Shown piece by piece: positions 19,125 through 29,526 of a stretch of 64,000 nucleotides of DNA (positions are counted from its first letter, which is position 1; every line of letters begins with the position of its first letter). The notes beneath the pieces were generated by a model. That model was not told where the DNA came from, made no database searches, and saw nothing but the letters and a program-made list of their open reading frames with translations. Origin of the DNA: a virus; the IMG/VR virus record IMGVR_UViG_3300021961_010439, positions 15,638 through 79,637 of that record. One strand, written 5' to 3'. Both the position numbers and the translations under genes were made by a program.

Positions 19125-20535
19125 AGCCTTCTGTTTTATTATTATTACTACCTAATTCTAGTTTAGTTTTACCCTCTGTTATCTTGGCGCACCAACCCTT
19201 CATACTACAATTTATATAGTCGTTATCATCTAATCCTCCTCCGTGACGACTAATTAAGGGCACTAATTTTCTATTACCATTACTAGTTCCGTCTTCTGCT
19301 ATTTCTTCGTCGCTCTTTCTTTTGAAAATGGTAAAATTACTACATAGCCATATTATGCGGTCAGAACCACTAGCAGAATCGGTGCTTTCTTTAGTAATAC
19401 CATCTCTGTTTAATTGTATAAAAGCTAATATTGGAACCTTATATCTTACAGCAAAATTATGTAATGATGTCATCATAAAACCAAGAACCTGATATTCTTT
19501 GAGATCTTGCGTTAAACCACTAGTATCCATTAGTTTGAGATAGTCATATACTATAACACAATCTTTGGCGGATCCGTCGTCGTTTAGTCCAACCTCTTGA
19601 ACTAACCATCTACGCATAATGGCTAATTGTTCATCAAAGCTTTTTCCGGCGATTGATTTGTGATACAATGGTGCGTTCTTTAGAATATCAACAGCTTCTG
19701 CTATTTTTGTTTTTTGTACAGGAGAGTCCGTGAACTTTCCTGTTTCTATTTTATTGATCTCTATTTCGGTTAGCATTGCTAGTATTCTATGGATATGATC
19801 TTCTTTATTCATTTCTGTATCCATATTTAATACTGGAATATTTTGTCTAGCTATATGCAGACCCATATTATCAGAGAGTAATGTTTTACCAACCTTTGGT
19901 CTAGCACCAATAACATTAATGGTGCCTTTTCTTAGTCCGCCGCCAATAGCCTGATCGTATACTGGAAATCCAGTAGAAATACCAACTTGATCTATTTTAT
20001 TGGTTTGTAGATAATCAATATAGTCATCTATACCAGCAGACATCATTGATGGATTATTATCGCCATCGTTTCCAAGCTCGGTAGAAAAATTAAATACCGC
20101 ATCTTCAGCTATGGCTAAAATACTAGTAATAGATTCAGATCCGGAAATATCTAATAATTTATCTTGAGTATCTTCTAATTGTTTGTGTAAAGATCTAGCA
20201 ATTTCTAGTTTTCTAATCTTAATAGCAAATTTTCTAACATTATCTTTACTAACTGGAAATTCTAGTATTGCTCTAAGATGTTGAGCTTCTTCTTTTGATG
20301 TTAATAGATGAGAAATACCAATTTCGCTTGCTGCAGAATATATAGATGCTATGTCTATATTTAGTTTAGCATCTTTATCGTAGATATGTTTTATACATCT
20401 AAAAATTAGACCATTACTATCTACTGTAAAACACTTTTCATTAACAAGATCATTAATATCGATATATATTTCTTCACCATAAGAACAGATGCCTGCCAAT
20501 ACTGCTCTTTCTGCTGCTGTATCACTGAGTATCAT
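19081..20535 (-). CDS. dnaB: Replicative DNA helicase
   Basis: AERAVL N-terminus, GARPKVGKT Walker A, DTEM, YDYLKL and QLNR motifs. Confidence 0.93.
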   Translation of the reverse strand: MILSDTAAERAVLAGICSYGEEIYIDINDLVNEKCFTVDSNGLIFRCIKHIYDKDAKLNIDIASIYSAASEIGISHLLTSKEEAQHLRAILEFPVSKDNVRKFAIKIRKLEIARSLHKQLEDTQDKLLDISGSESITSILAIAEDAVFNFSTELGNDGDNNPSMMSAGIDDYIDYLQTNKIDQVGISTGFPVYDQAIGGGLRKGTINVIGARPKVGKTLLSDNMGLHIARQNIPVLNMDTEMNKEDHIHRILAMLTEIEINKIETGKFTDSPVQKTKIAEAVDILKNAPLYHKSIAGKSFDEQLAIMRRWLVQEVGLNDDGSAKDCVIVYDYLKLMDTSGLTQDLKEYQVLGFMMTSLHNFAVRYKVPILAFIQLNRDGITKESTDSASGSDRIIWLCSNFTIFKRKSDEEIAEDGTSNGNRKLVPLISRHGGGLDDNDYINCSMKGWCAKITEGKTKLELGSNNNKTEGFVSDESDNEAIPFL

Positions 20536-20537
20536 AA

Positions 20538-21035
20538 TTAATTCTTAATAGATGCCTTTGATCTGTAAACCATTGTTAAAATATCAGCCAAATTTTTAAT
20601 ATTGCCAGATAAATATGACAACCTATCGGACCTTTGTTTGGCATACTTCTTAATTTTATTCAGTGCGGTCGCCTTGTCATTGTGTTTGATAGCCTGAAGA
20701 GATTTTTCCATGAAACCATAACCTTTATAGTTATTGATCTCATCTGCTATAACTTCTTTCATTGTCTCATCTGCCCAATTGTATCTAGCTAATTCTCTAT
20801 TGTTTGTTCTTTGTATGTGCAATGATAATTGCGTTAGTCTATATGCTATCTGTAAACAATCTTCTGGAGTTAATTTTTCTATCTGATCCCTATTCATTGA
20901 GAAATATATATTACTCTCTGATTCTGGAAAAAGATCTGACTGATATTTAGCAAGTCCGATAGATGATTCATATTCATCTAGTATCTTGTCCCATTCTTCT
21001 AATTGTTCTTTTGCTGTTCTAGTCGTTTCTGCCAT
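20538..21035 (-). CDS. Helical protein, possibly a UvsY-like recombination mediator
   Basis: 165 aa coiled-coil pattern located between recA and dnaB; assignment from size and context only. Confidence 0.35.
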   Translation of the reverse strand: MAETTRTAKEQLEEWDKILDEYESSIGLAKYQSDLFPESESNIYFSMNRDQIEKLTPEDCLQIAYRLTQLSLHIQRTNNRELARYNWADETMKEVIADEINNYKGYGFMEKSLQAIKHNDKATALNKIKKYAKQRSDRLSYLSGNIKNLADILTMVYRSKASIKN

Positions 21036-21412
21036 TGTTCATCGCTTTCATCAAAAGGAAATTCTATGTAAATAATACCATTTTTATCACACCATTCTTG
21101 TTTTTCAAAATCTCTTTTTCTATGTCTAAGAAATCCTAAAGTATTACCATGATAATGAGCAACAAATTTATAGTGTTGTTCTCCATGGGTCTCTATGCAC
21201 ATTCTTTTTAATGGTATATAAAAATCCAAATATAATGTATCGCTTTTATGTGTCTTTATGGGAACTTCTTCCAATATTTGTAATGTTGGATAAGTAGAAA
21301 TAATAATGTTTCTAGCTCTTAAATGTAACGAAGATTTTTTAATATTCAGATTTGGTTTATGTCCAACCAAATTCCAAGCATACATATTATCATCTAAGTC
21401 ATATACATTCAT
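20999..21412 (-). CDS. DUF559/Vsr-like PD-(D/E)XK endonuclease
   Basis: LDFYIP...CIETHGEQHY...RD..KQEWC motif. Confidence 0.8.
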   Translation of the reverse strand: MNVYDLDDNMYAWNLVGHKPNLNIKKSSLHLRARNIIISTYPTLQILEEVPIKTHKSDTLYLDFYIPLKRMCIETHGEQHYKFVAHYHGNTLGFLRHRKRDFEKQEWCDKNGIIYIEFPFDESDEQWQKRLEQQKNN

Positions 21413-22425
21413 GCTTTGATACCAACTGTGGACTTAATTGCAGTATATAGTTCTTCATATCTGTTTGGATTATCAACAAGATATTGTCTAACTTTTTCTG
21501 CTCCTTGAAATTTCAGTTTTTCATCGGTTACAAAATCAAGAGTATACCAAGCACCACCCTTGTTGATTAGACCCATGTCTGTAGCTATCATAACCAGTTC
21601 TGTGTGTTTATCAATACCCTCTCCATATCTAATATATGATGTTATGGTGCCTCCGGGAGGACCTAATGCTGAACATAATACTTGCCATTCTACTTCTTGT
21701 CCTATTTGAACACCATCTGTTCCTAAAGACCACGCCTTATGAAACTTAGCTCTTAATTTTACATCAGTTTGATAAGCAATTGCTTGTCCACTTTTTTCTT
21801 TCCATTCGCTCGTTCCATATCCCGGATTACCCATGAGATGCGTAATACCTATCACTATATTTCTATTAACTGGAATAACATTTGCAACCTTACGACAAAA
21901 TTTAGCTAAAAGTTTTGCACCATCGGCTCTTTGCATCTTGTCCATATCACTGGTAATCTCTGCTTCGGTACATAATGCAGAATAAGAGTCTATAATTATT
22001 AGTGACCCTGGTTCTTCATTAATAAGTTTTTCAGCTATTTGTAAATACTCTTCAGCGTGTAGAATTTTACCTTGCTGTGATCCTATAACATCAAATCTGT
22101 CTAGATCTAATCCAGGGATTCCTTCTAGGTCTCTCTTTTTTAATCGACCTTCTATATTTAGATAGTATACATGTCTAGGTTTTTTAAGATCTCCTTGGTA
22201 TTCTTCTTTTTGTGCTGTAGCAGCAAATGCCAGAGATGTTGTTGTTTTCCCGCACTTGGGTTGGCCCGTAAATACAACGAAACTCCCTTCTGGAATACCA
22301 CCTTGCAATACCAGATCTAATGCTGGGCTTACAGGAATTACGATAGACTTTCTATCTATAATAGCATTAGCAGATAGGATAATATCTGATCCATAATCTT
22401 TTTTAACATCTTCTTTAACTGCCAT
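21409..22425 (-). CDS. recA: RecA/UvsX recombinase
   Basis: SPALDLVLQGGIP, GQPKCGKTT, IIIDSYSAL and GLINKGGAWY motifs. Confidence 0.93.
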   Translation of the reverse strand: MAVKEDVKKDYGSDIILSANAIIDRKSIVIPVSPALDLVLQGGIPEGSFVVFTGQPKCGKTTTSLAFAATAQKEEYQGDLKKPRHVYYLNIEGRLKKRDLEGIPGLDLDRFDVIGSQQGKILHAEEYLQIAEKLINEEPGSLIIIDSYSALCTEAEITSDMDKMQRADGAKLLAKFCRKVANVIPVNRNIVIGITHLMGNPGYGTSEWKEKSGQAIAYQTDVKLRAKFHKAWSLGTDGVQIGQEVEWQVLCSALGPPGGTITSYIRYGEGIDKHTELVMIATDMGLINKGGAWYTLDFVTDEKLKFQGAEKVRQYLVDNPNRYEELYTAIKSTVGIKA

Positions 22426-22834
22426 TTTCTATATCCTTTATTTTTGAAATGATATTTTTTTTATTTTGACCAGATACTCTATGATTTATATTTTCTTTTC
22501 TTTCAAAGTTTTGCGTTAACGTTGTATTTGTGGTTTCTAATATTTTTTGTTGTGTAATAATAATGTCTTTAAGAAAAGGTGCTCTTAAAGAGTATATTGA
22601 TTTTGCTTTAGGATCATGTAATGCCTTAATAATTGCTCTCGCATCATAATCTTTGAGTAATTTATTTGCTGTTGCTATTTGATCCCTAAAGAATTTTGCC
22701 CATTTTTTTAAAGTCCAAAAACGATAGTGTAAATCTGATCCATCTTTTTGGGCCTTTCTTTCACAGATAATCTCAGTAATATACTGAGCTGCTGTGACTG
22801 ACTTATTATTAGAGTATTTAGAGATAAACTGCAT
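22415..22834 (-). CDS. Hypothetical protein
   Basis: Coupled 139 aa ORF. Confidence 0.7.
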   Translation of the reverse strand: MQFISKYSNNKSVTAAQYITEIICERKAQKDGSDLHYRFWTLKKWAKFFRDQIATANKLLKDYDARAIIKALHDPKAKSIYSLRAPFLKDIIITQQKILETTNTTLTQNFERKENINHRVSGQNKKNIISKIKDIENGS

Positions 22835-22835
22835 A

Positions 22836-23162
22836 TCAAATATTTTTTATCGCGTTAACAATAGATTCAATAATTGGTAATGGTTCTTCACCAATCATTA
22901 CTTTTTTAGTAAAAGGAAATTCTAATGCTTTAATTAATTCCACCCTTTCTCCTAACTGATTGTGTCTAAATAATTTTGTATTTAGTACAAGCTCTATCTG
23001 ATAGGGGTATTTTATATCTTTTTCCTTAATAGTTTCATCTTCTGTCACTATGTCATTGGCTATTCTCTGATTTAGAATAGCAAATAAATCAACAAATTTT
23101 ACATACTCTTCGTTTGTAAAATACTGTTTAGCTAATAGTCCTATTTTTTCTATTGGGTCCAT
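22836..23162 (-). CDS. Hypothetical protein
   Basis: Coupled 108 aa ORF. Confidence 0.65.
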   Translation of the reverse strand: MDPIEKIGLLAKQYFTNEEYVKFVDLFAILNQRIANDIVTEDETIKEKDIKYPYQIELVLNTKLFRHNQLGERVELIKALEFPFTKKVMIGEEPLPIIESIVNAIKNI

Positions 23163-23166
23163 TTTA

Positions 23167-23748
23167 TTAAGAATATAAGGATAGATAGTTTTTCCATGCT
23201 GCTGGCATGTCTATACCTATAGTAGAAAGTTGTCTCGACACTGGCAAGAACCTAGAATCATATTTGGGTTTATGTGGGTTTGTTAGTAGTTTCATACTTG
23301 CTTGTTCTGGTGTCTTATTATTTTTTCTTCTATTGCATACTGTACATGCTGTTGTTATATTGCACCAATTAGTTGCTAATTCTTTGTTTGCTCCAAATTT
23401 ACTTTTAGGAATAACATGATCATATGTTAGTTCTTGATATGCAAAACTTTTACCACAATATTGACAAGTATAATTATCTCTTATAAAGAGATTTTGTCTA
23501 GAAAATTTTAATGACCTATTGAATAGATTAAAATACTTTACTGTTTTAGCAACAGACGGTACTGGGTGTCTTTTATCGTTAGTGCCTTGTATATATTTAT
23601 CTTGGTAATACTCAACTATTTCTATAGCATAGTTATGATCATATTGATATTTCATAGACCATATAATTGCTTTTTGCCAACTAATAATCTTTAATGGTGA
23701 ATAGTCAGCATTTAATAGTAAGCATGTGCTATTTTCTGCCTTGTTCAT
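23167..23748 (-). CDS. HNH endonuclease (McrA-like)
   Basis: LLLNADYSPL N-terminus; RDNYTCQYCG...DHVIP...CTVCNRRK. Confidence 0.92.
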   Translation of the reverse strand: MNKAENSTCLLLNADYSPLKIISWQKAIIWSMKYQYDHNYAIEIVEYYQDKYIQGTNDKRHPVPSVAKTVKYFNLFNRSLKFSRQNLFIRDNYTCQYCGKSFAYQELTYDHVIPKSKFGANKELATNWCNITTACTVCNRRKNNKTPEQASMKLLTNPHKPKYDSRFLPVSRQLSTIGIDMPAAWKNYLSLYS

Positions 23749-24466
23749 AAATATCTAGTTTTGCTAAAATTTTGGCAATAATAGGATTACGTACAATATC
23801 ATTATCTGTTAATGTTGAAATACCTATACCTTCTACATTTGCAAGATTATTCATCATCTCATAAAAACCACCCTGCAAATGTCTAGCAAGATCTGATTGA
23901 GAAACATCGCCAGTTAGAACCATTTTACTGTTTTGTCCGATTCTTGTCAATAACATCTTTAATTGCTCATATGACGCATTTTGACATTCATCAGCCACAA
24001 TAAAACTATCATGAAAATTACGCCCTCTCATAAAACCAAGTGGTACGATTTCTATCTTGTTATTAAGCTTTAAAGTAGCATTAAGTGCTTGACCAATAAA
24101 ATAATTAATTTCATCTTCTATGGGCAATAAATATGGAAATAATTTTTCTTCATATTTACCAGGTAGATAACCTATCTTTTCTCCTGCTTCAACAACAGGT
24201 CTGGTGATAACAATTTTTTTAACCCTATCATCTAATAGATACTCTAAAGCAAGTCCAACTGCACAGTGTGTTTTACCACTACCAGCAGATCCTTGACAAA
24301 AAGTAATAGTATTTTCTACTATTGATCTTATGTATTCTTTTTGATTTTCTGTTCTTGGTTTTAACCTATTTCTATAAGATAATCTTGAATTATCAGCATT
24401 AAGGGGCACATTTGTGAGGTCAATAATTTTTTCTTTTCTTGCATTAGCATTTTTTTTCTTTCTCAA
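23729..24466 (-). CDS. phoH: PhoH-like ATPase
   Basis: GSAGSGKT, ITRPVVE, GYLPG, FMRGR, DECQN and GDVSQSD motifs. Confidence 0.95.
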   Translation of the reverse strand: MRKKKNANARKEKIIDLTNVPLNADNSRLSYRNRLKPRTENQKEYIRSIVENTITFCQGSAGSGKTHCAVGLALEYLLDDRVKKIVITRPVVEAGEKIGYLPGKYEEKLFPYLLPIEDEINYFIGQALNATLKLNNKIEIVPLGFMRGRNFHDSFIVADECQNASYEQLKMLLTRIGQNSKMVLTGDVSQSDLARHLQGGFYEMMNNLANVEGIGISTLTDNDIVRNPIIAKILAKLDIYEQGRK

Positions 24467-24505
24467 GTTATGCCCTTTATAATAAGGTAAATACTTTTAT
24501 CAATG

Positions 24506-24520
24506 TATTAATATACACCA
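24506..24520 (-). promoter_or_regulatory. Candidate phage-sigma promoter motif TGGTGTATxxA
   Basis: TGGTGTATATTAATA upstream of phoH; the same core recurs at 48365-48380 and 54914-54929. Confidence 0.45.
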
Positions 24521-24526
24521 TAATAT

Positions 24527-24892
24527 TTATATTACAAATGGCTTTAAATTAGGAGGTTGCCAGTTGTCGGGCTTTAGTACTTTACCATCATCTCTCTTTT
24601 TAACCTTACCTGTATGTTCATCTATTTTAGCAAAATTAGTTTTCATAACTTCGTTCCATGCACTTTCTCCATTGGCTCCCATACTATTTATAGCTCCAAC
24701 AGTAACAACAATAATATCTATTAGAGCATCCAGTATTTCTACTCTATCATTAGAATCAAATGCTTCTTGTAGTTCCTGAGTTTCTTCTTTTATTAAATCA
24801 TGATACATGTTTAGTTGTTTCTCATTCCATTCACAAACACTTTGATCACAAGCAGTCATAAATTTGGTTTGATCTTTAAATACGTTTGACAT
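24527..24892 (-). CDS. MazG-like/PRA-PH nucleotide pyrophosphohydrolase
   Basis: LIKEETQEL...EILDALIDI...EVMKTNFAK...DGKVLKP motif. Confidence 0.88.
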   Translation of the reverse strand: MSNVFKDQTKFMTACDQSVCEWNEKQLNMYHDLIKEETQELQEAFDSNDRVEILDALIDIIVVTVGAINSMGANGESAWNEVMKTNFAKIDEHTGKVKKRDDGKVLKPDNWQPPNLKPFVI

Positions 24893-24906
24893 AATTTTCC
24901 TTTTTA

Positions 24907-26559
24907 TTAAGATTCACAATTTGTACAGGATAATATATTTCTAGCTAATTCTTGTGCAGGATTGGCGCTTCTTTGATAATAGAAAGTTTTGATTCCTAAT
25001 TGCCATCCTTCTATTAAAAGATCACTAACTTGTTTTGGCGGAATATCTGGACTGATCATTAGATTCAAAGATTGTGATTGGTCAATATGTTTTTGTCTTT
25101 GCGATGCCTGTATTACAATTTCTTTTTGACTAATCTCTCCGAATGTTTTGAATACTTCTTTCTCACTATCGGTTAAAAACTTTAAGTGTTGCACAGAGCC
25201 GCCTTTAACAAGAATACTCTTCCATGTATTTTCGTCATTTTTATCATACTTCTTGAGTATTTCTTTTAGATGCGGATTCTTATATGTAAACTTACCCTTC
25301 GCCAAGTTTTTAACAAAATAGTTACTATTCAAAGGTTCTATGCTCGGACTAACTTGACCTAGTATAAAACTACTACTTGTTGTTGGAGCAACAGCTAATG
25401 TTGTTACATTCCTACGACCATAACCTTCTAGTATTGGAGCTTCGCCAAATTTTTCTGATAATTGTATAGTTGCTATATCTGCTTTTTCTCTAATAGTTTG
25501 CCATATATTAGCATTTATTAGTTTAGCTTGCATACTTTCAAAGCTAATCATTTTGCTTTGTAAGTAAGAATGCCAGCCTAAAACTCCCATACCTAATGCT
25601 CTTTGATTTAATGCAAAATTTCTTGCGCCTTTCATAAAGCGTATATTTTCTGTTTTATCAATAAATTCTTGATTTACGCTGTCTAAAAAGTAAATCATAG
25701 TTTCGACAGCATCTGTTTTTTCTATCTCATCCCAATGTAATAGATTTAATGAACTAAGAACACAAACAAAACTATTATTCTCATCAGATTGTAAAGTAAT
25801 TTCTGAACATAGGTTACTAGAATTGACTTTAATATTTTTATCTTGGTATACTTGGGGAGAGTTCTTATTTACTGTATCAGAGAATAAAAGATATGGATAT
25901 CCACTCTCGAATCTTTTTTGAATGATCTTTGCCCAAATTTTTCTTTTATTTTTATCCCCTTCTATCATACTGTTCATCCAAGAGTCGCTGATAGTAACTC
26001 CTATGCTCATATTTTGAATAGGATGACCCTCATTACGAATTTGTAAAAATTCTTCTATATCAGCATGTTCTACTGGAAGATATGCTGCAAAAGATCCTCT
26101 ACGAGCAGAACCTTGACTAATTACATCTGCAACCTTATCAAATAATTCCATAAAATGGACTGGGCCGCTACTTTCTCCGCCTACACTAATGCTAGCCCCT
26201 CTTGATCTAAGATCGCCAAAATATCCACTAGTACCTCCTCCTAATTTGCTCATCATACCAACTTCGGCCACCTTATATAGGATACTATCCATTCTATCGC
26301 TAATATGAGAATTAAAGCAACTAACTGGTAATCCTCGGGAGTTGCCGTAATTTGTCCAAACCGGCGTAGACAATGAGTAATATCCCAAACTCATATAATG
26401 CTCAAATTTCTCAGCAAAATTTGGTATATTTAATATCTTTTCTGCATTAATAGCTATATCCCTTATTCTATCCACAGGATCCTTGTCATTAGGAAGGTAT
26501 CCTCTTTCTAAGAATAAGCGACTATGAGAATTGAGCCAATAGTAAGGTTTTGGTGTCAT
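24907..26559 (-). CDS. nrdA: Ribonucleotide reductase class Ia alpha subunit (no ATP cone)
   Basis: VSCF, SNLCSEI, APTTSSS, TFYY and C-terminal CTNCES motifs. Confidence 0.95.
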   Translation of the reverse strand: MTPKPYYWLNSHSRLFLERGYLPNDKDPVDRIRDIAINAEKILNIPNFAEKFEHYMSLGYYSLSTPVWTNYGNSRGLPVSCFNSHISDRMDSILYKVAEVGMMSKLGGGTSGYFGDLRSRGASISVGGESSGPVHFMELFDKVADVISQGSARRGSFAAYLPVEHADIEEFLQIRNEGHPIQNMSIGVTISDSWMNSMIEGDKNKRKIWAKIIQKRFESGYPYLLFSDTVNKNSPQVYQDKNIKVNSSNLCSEITLQSDENNSFVCVLSSLNLLHWDEIEKTDAVETMIYFLDSVNQEFIDKTENIRFMKGARNFALNQRALGMGVLGWHSYLQSKMISFESMQAKLINANIWQTIREKADIATIQLSEKFGEAPILEGYGRRNVTTLAVAPTTSSSFILGQVSPSIEPLNSNYFVKNLAKGKFTYKNPHLKEILKKYDKNDENTWKSILVKGGSVQHLKFLTDSEKEVFKTFGEISQKEIVIQASQRQKHIDQSQSLNLMISPDIPPKQVSDLLIEGWQLGIKTFYYQRSANPAQELARNILSCTNCES

Positions 26560-26588
26560 TTAAAGTCCTATAATACCACAGAGTTTAA

Positions 26589-27560
26589 TTAAAATAAGGT
26601 CTCTATATCGAACGACAGAGCCTTCTTGGAATATTCCACAGGTCTGGAATGAAAGAAATCAGTCATGTTGTTTCCTAAGATTTGCTCATCAAACCAAGAT
26701 GTTTGAGACAGCAAATTATCGTCGATTTCAAAAACAGAAGAATATCCTATCTGGTTCAGAGAATCATTTAGCCTATATTTAATAAATTCTTTAAGTAACG
26801 GAGCGTTAAGGTGTTTATCTTCGTATCCGTTAACTATCCAATCAATAATTTCACATTCATACTTTACAGCTTCTTTGGACTCGTAAAGAATTTTATCTTC
26901 TAGTTCTTTGTCAAATAATTCAGGATATTCTTGTTTTATCGTATTAATAATTTTTATACCTATCATAGCATGAAGATTTTCTTCTCTACTAGTATATTCT
27001 ACTTGTTTGTTAGTGTCCTTTAGCAGGTTCAAAAAACGCCCAAAATAACTAATAGTATAGAACTGAGAAAATAATGCTATATTCTCTACAAACAAAGTAA
27101 ATAAAATTAGTGAGTATATAAATTGCTTCTTATTATTATCATGAAATTTATGAAGATGCTTACGTAAATAATTTACGCGACCTTTAATAATATCTAGCTC
27201 AAGAATTTTTTCAAAGTTATCATCAATACCTAGTATCTCTAATAGTCTTTCGTATGCATCACCATGAATAACTTCAACATGAGCCATAGTATATCCTAGA
27301 TCATTCAACGATGGATGGGGTAGATTATCTCCTAACTTGGCCCAAAACTTTTTAACACTTATTTCTAATTGACCTATGGTTGACAATGCGCGAACTATAA
27401 TTTGTTTTTGTTGTTCTGTTAGATTAACTCTAAAATCTTGTACGTCACTACTAAAAGTAAATTCTCTATGTGTCCAAAATCCATTGTGCATAGCCTCAAT
27501 AAAATCTTGTGTCCATGGATAATTGTCTGGTTTGCGAGATACTTGTTCGTTAAAAATCAT
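26589..27560 (-). CDS. nrdB: Ribonucleotide reductase class Ia beta subunit
   Basis: EVIHGDAY, VENIALFSQF, REENLH and DFFHSRPVEY motifs. Confidence 0.95.
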   Translation of the reverse strand: MIFNEQVSRKPDNYPWTQDFIEAMHNGFWTHREFTFSSDVQDFRVNLTEQQKQIIVRALSTIGQLEISVKKFWAKLGDNLPHPSLNDLGYTMAHVEVIHGDAYERLLEILGIDDNFEKILELDIIKGRVNYLRKHLHKFHDNNKKQFIYSLILFTLFVENIALFSQFYTISYFGRFLNLLKDTNKQVEYTSREENLHAMIGIKIINTIKQEYPELFDKELEDKILYESKEAVKYECEIIDWIVNGYEDKHLNAPLLKEFIKYRLNDSLNQIGYSSVFEIDDNLLSQTSWFDEQILGNNMTDFFHSRPVEYSKKALSFDIETLF

Positions 27561-27573
27561 TATAGTGACTCCG

Positions 27574-27711
27574 TTATTTTTTATTTAGAATGGCTAATAA
27601 ACCTAAAAATACAACTCCAACAAATTCATTACCGATACTATTAAAATTATCTCTTGTAAAGTAGTTGAAGTAATAATTACCTATCATTACATAGAAAAGG
27701 ATACTTGTCAT
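27574..27711 (-). CDS. Small hydrophobic protein (45 aa, not in the ORF track)
   Basis: MTSILFYVMIG...VGVVFLGLLAILNKK; ATGA overlap with the dCMP deaminase stop; fills the gap. Confidence 0.55.
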   Translation of the reverse strand: MTSILFYVMIGNYYFNYFTRDNFNSIGNEFVGVVFLGLLAILNKK

Positions 27712-28175
27712 AGTACACCAATCATATCCTTTAACCAATCAAGATTTGGTTGTATATAAAATATTTTCATACCACTCATTCTAATAAAATTATCAAACAA
27801 TGATTTAGCTTGTGTATCAAATAATACTGTGCCGTGAGTATCTGTCATATAGACCGTATTGACACCTTCTTGCCATAGTGCCATAATACAATCGTTACAG
27901 CACTGACCAGTAACATATGCTATTCCGTTATCTGGTCTAACAACACAATTTGCTAGAGCATTACGTTCAGCATGAATCATCCATTGATATTTATCAGGTC
28001 TATTGGTGGGTAATTGAGTATCGTCCAAACCTCTAGGAAACCCATTATAACCAACTCCCAATATTCTATTATTGGAATCGGTAATAACGCACCCATGCTG
28101 AGTATGTATATCGTGGCTACGTTGCGAAGCAACCTTAGCCAGTCCTAGAAAATAGTTGTGCCACGTTGGTCTCAT
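27708..28175 (-). CDS. dCMP deaminase (ComEB-like)
   Basis: GYNGFPRG, HAERNAL and CCNDC Zn motif. Confidence 0.93.
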   Translation of the reverse strand: MRPTWHNYFLGLAKVASQRSHDIHTQHGCVITDSNNRILGVGYNGFPRGLDDTQLPTNRPDKYQWMIHAERNALANCVVRPDNGIAYVTGQCCNDCIMALWQEGVNTVYMTDTHGTVLFDTQAKSLFDNFIRMSGMKIFYIQPNLDWLKDMIGVL

Positions 28176-28182
28176 ATCCTAT

Positions 28183-28210
28183 ATGATACCATGATCAAAG
28201 CCAAAGTCAA
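28183..28210 (-). promoter_or_regulatory. Sigma70-like promoter, possibly giving a leaderless dCMP deaminase mRNA
   Basis: TTGACT-16 nt-TATCAT with TGn; the -10 ends 8 nt before the ATG. Confidence 0.5.
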
Positions 28211-28212
28211 TG

Positions 28213-29526
28213 TCATGCGAATACAAAAGTTTTTTTATCGAGCAGTAAATCTCTATTATTAACTTTTATATACGAATTAGTTAAATCGTTTTTATTTTTA
28301 ATGTCTATAGTAAAGGGAGGTACTTCGTAAATGCCTTCAGAACGAGAACTTATCCATTGATTTATTTGAGAAATAAACTGTTGTCTGTTTTGATTAAAGT
28401 TATCTATTAAATCCGAATAATTTATAGATATGTTAATATCGTGAGTGTGAATAAAATTAGATTGATACTGTATATGATTATCTATTGTAGAGTTATTGAA
28501 TAGATATTTGACTTTATTCCAATGATCTGTTGAATAATCCCATCTAAGATTTGTATAATACTGATATTCAAATAAAATTCTTCTATTTAATTCTGTAGCA
28601 ACACTTTCATCATTTAGATATAGTGTTTTACAGTAAACTTCTAAAAATTGTAATACATTAAAATCTACAAATTGATCAATATTTAAATATATACCAATAT
28701 CAAAAATAGGTTTAGCATCATGTCCAAAAAATCCCCACTTTCGAGTAAATCTTTTTAATTCTTGATAATCAGCATATTGTTGTAAAATATTTTTTTGTTG
28801 TATTTTTTTATCTGATTCAGCTTTGAACCAATCTTTTCCACGAGAAGAAACACAAGTAAAATGGTAAACACTAGCATCCCATGTTTGTACTAATTTTAAA
28901 CCAGCTAATTTCATTCTAATAATCATATCAGAATCTTCTCTAGAACATCTAAATTGTGTATCAAAACCACCTAAAGTTTCAAGCCATACATTCTTATATA
29001 ATGCAAATGGCGCAAAATGTCCTTCTGTATTTTGTTTGTTTGATTTTTGTAATTGAGTAGCAAATTCTTGAAATTCATCATATTTAAAGATCTCGGGACT
29101 AGTTCCAAAGTCTTGAATAATTTTTTCTGGCGATGCTGGATGTAGCGGAGGCTCTATGCGTGTACACGTTAAGACTATAGATTCATTGTGTAGATTTTTA
29201 CTAATATGTTTATCAAAATCCCTACATGCTACCATATCTGATTGTAAATAACATACAATATCGTTAGATGCCGCATCAAACATTAATGATATGTTTCTTT
29301 GTCCCCCTATTTGGGTTGGTAAAGTATTTCTATATATTTTTAAATTTGGGACAGTTTTTTGAAATTCTACTATTGCTTCATACGAGTGTTGATTATCACT
29401 ATCTATAAATATTAGTATTTCATGTTTATCAATTTGTGTATTTTCTTTTAATGATTTCAATAGTAATAATACATATTCTTTTTCGTTTTTGGCTGTTGGT
29501 ATACAAAATGTTATTGGTTTTATCAT
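28213..29526 (-). CDS. Glycosyltransferase family 2
   Basis: FCIPT...IFIDSD...LQSDM...GGFD...REDSD...VYHF GT-A pattern. Confidence 0.85.
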   Translation of the reverse strand: MIKPITFCIPTAKNEKEYVLLLLKSLKENTQIDKHEILIFIDSDNQHSYEAIVEFQKTVPNLKIYRNTLPTQIGGQRNISLMFDAASNDIVCYLQSDMVACRDFDKHISKNLHNESIVLTCTRIEPPLHPASPEKIIQDFGTSPEIFKYDEFQEFATQLQKSNKQNTEGHFAPFALYKNVWLETLGGFDTQFRCSREDSDMIIRMKLAGLKLVQTWDASVYHFTCVSSRGKDWFKAESDKKIQQKNILQQYADYQELKRFTRKWGFFGHDAKPIFDIGIYLNIDQFVDFNVLQFLEVYCKTLYLNDESVATELNRRILFEYQYYTNLRWDYSTDHWNKVKYLFNNSTIDNHIQYQSNFIHTHDINISINYSDLIDNFNQNRQQFISQINQWISSRSEGIYEVPPFTIDIKNKNDLTNSYIKVNNRDLLLDKKTFVFA

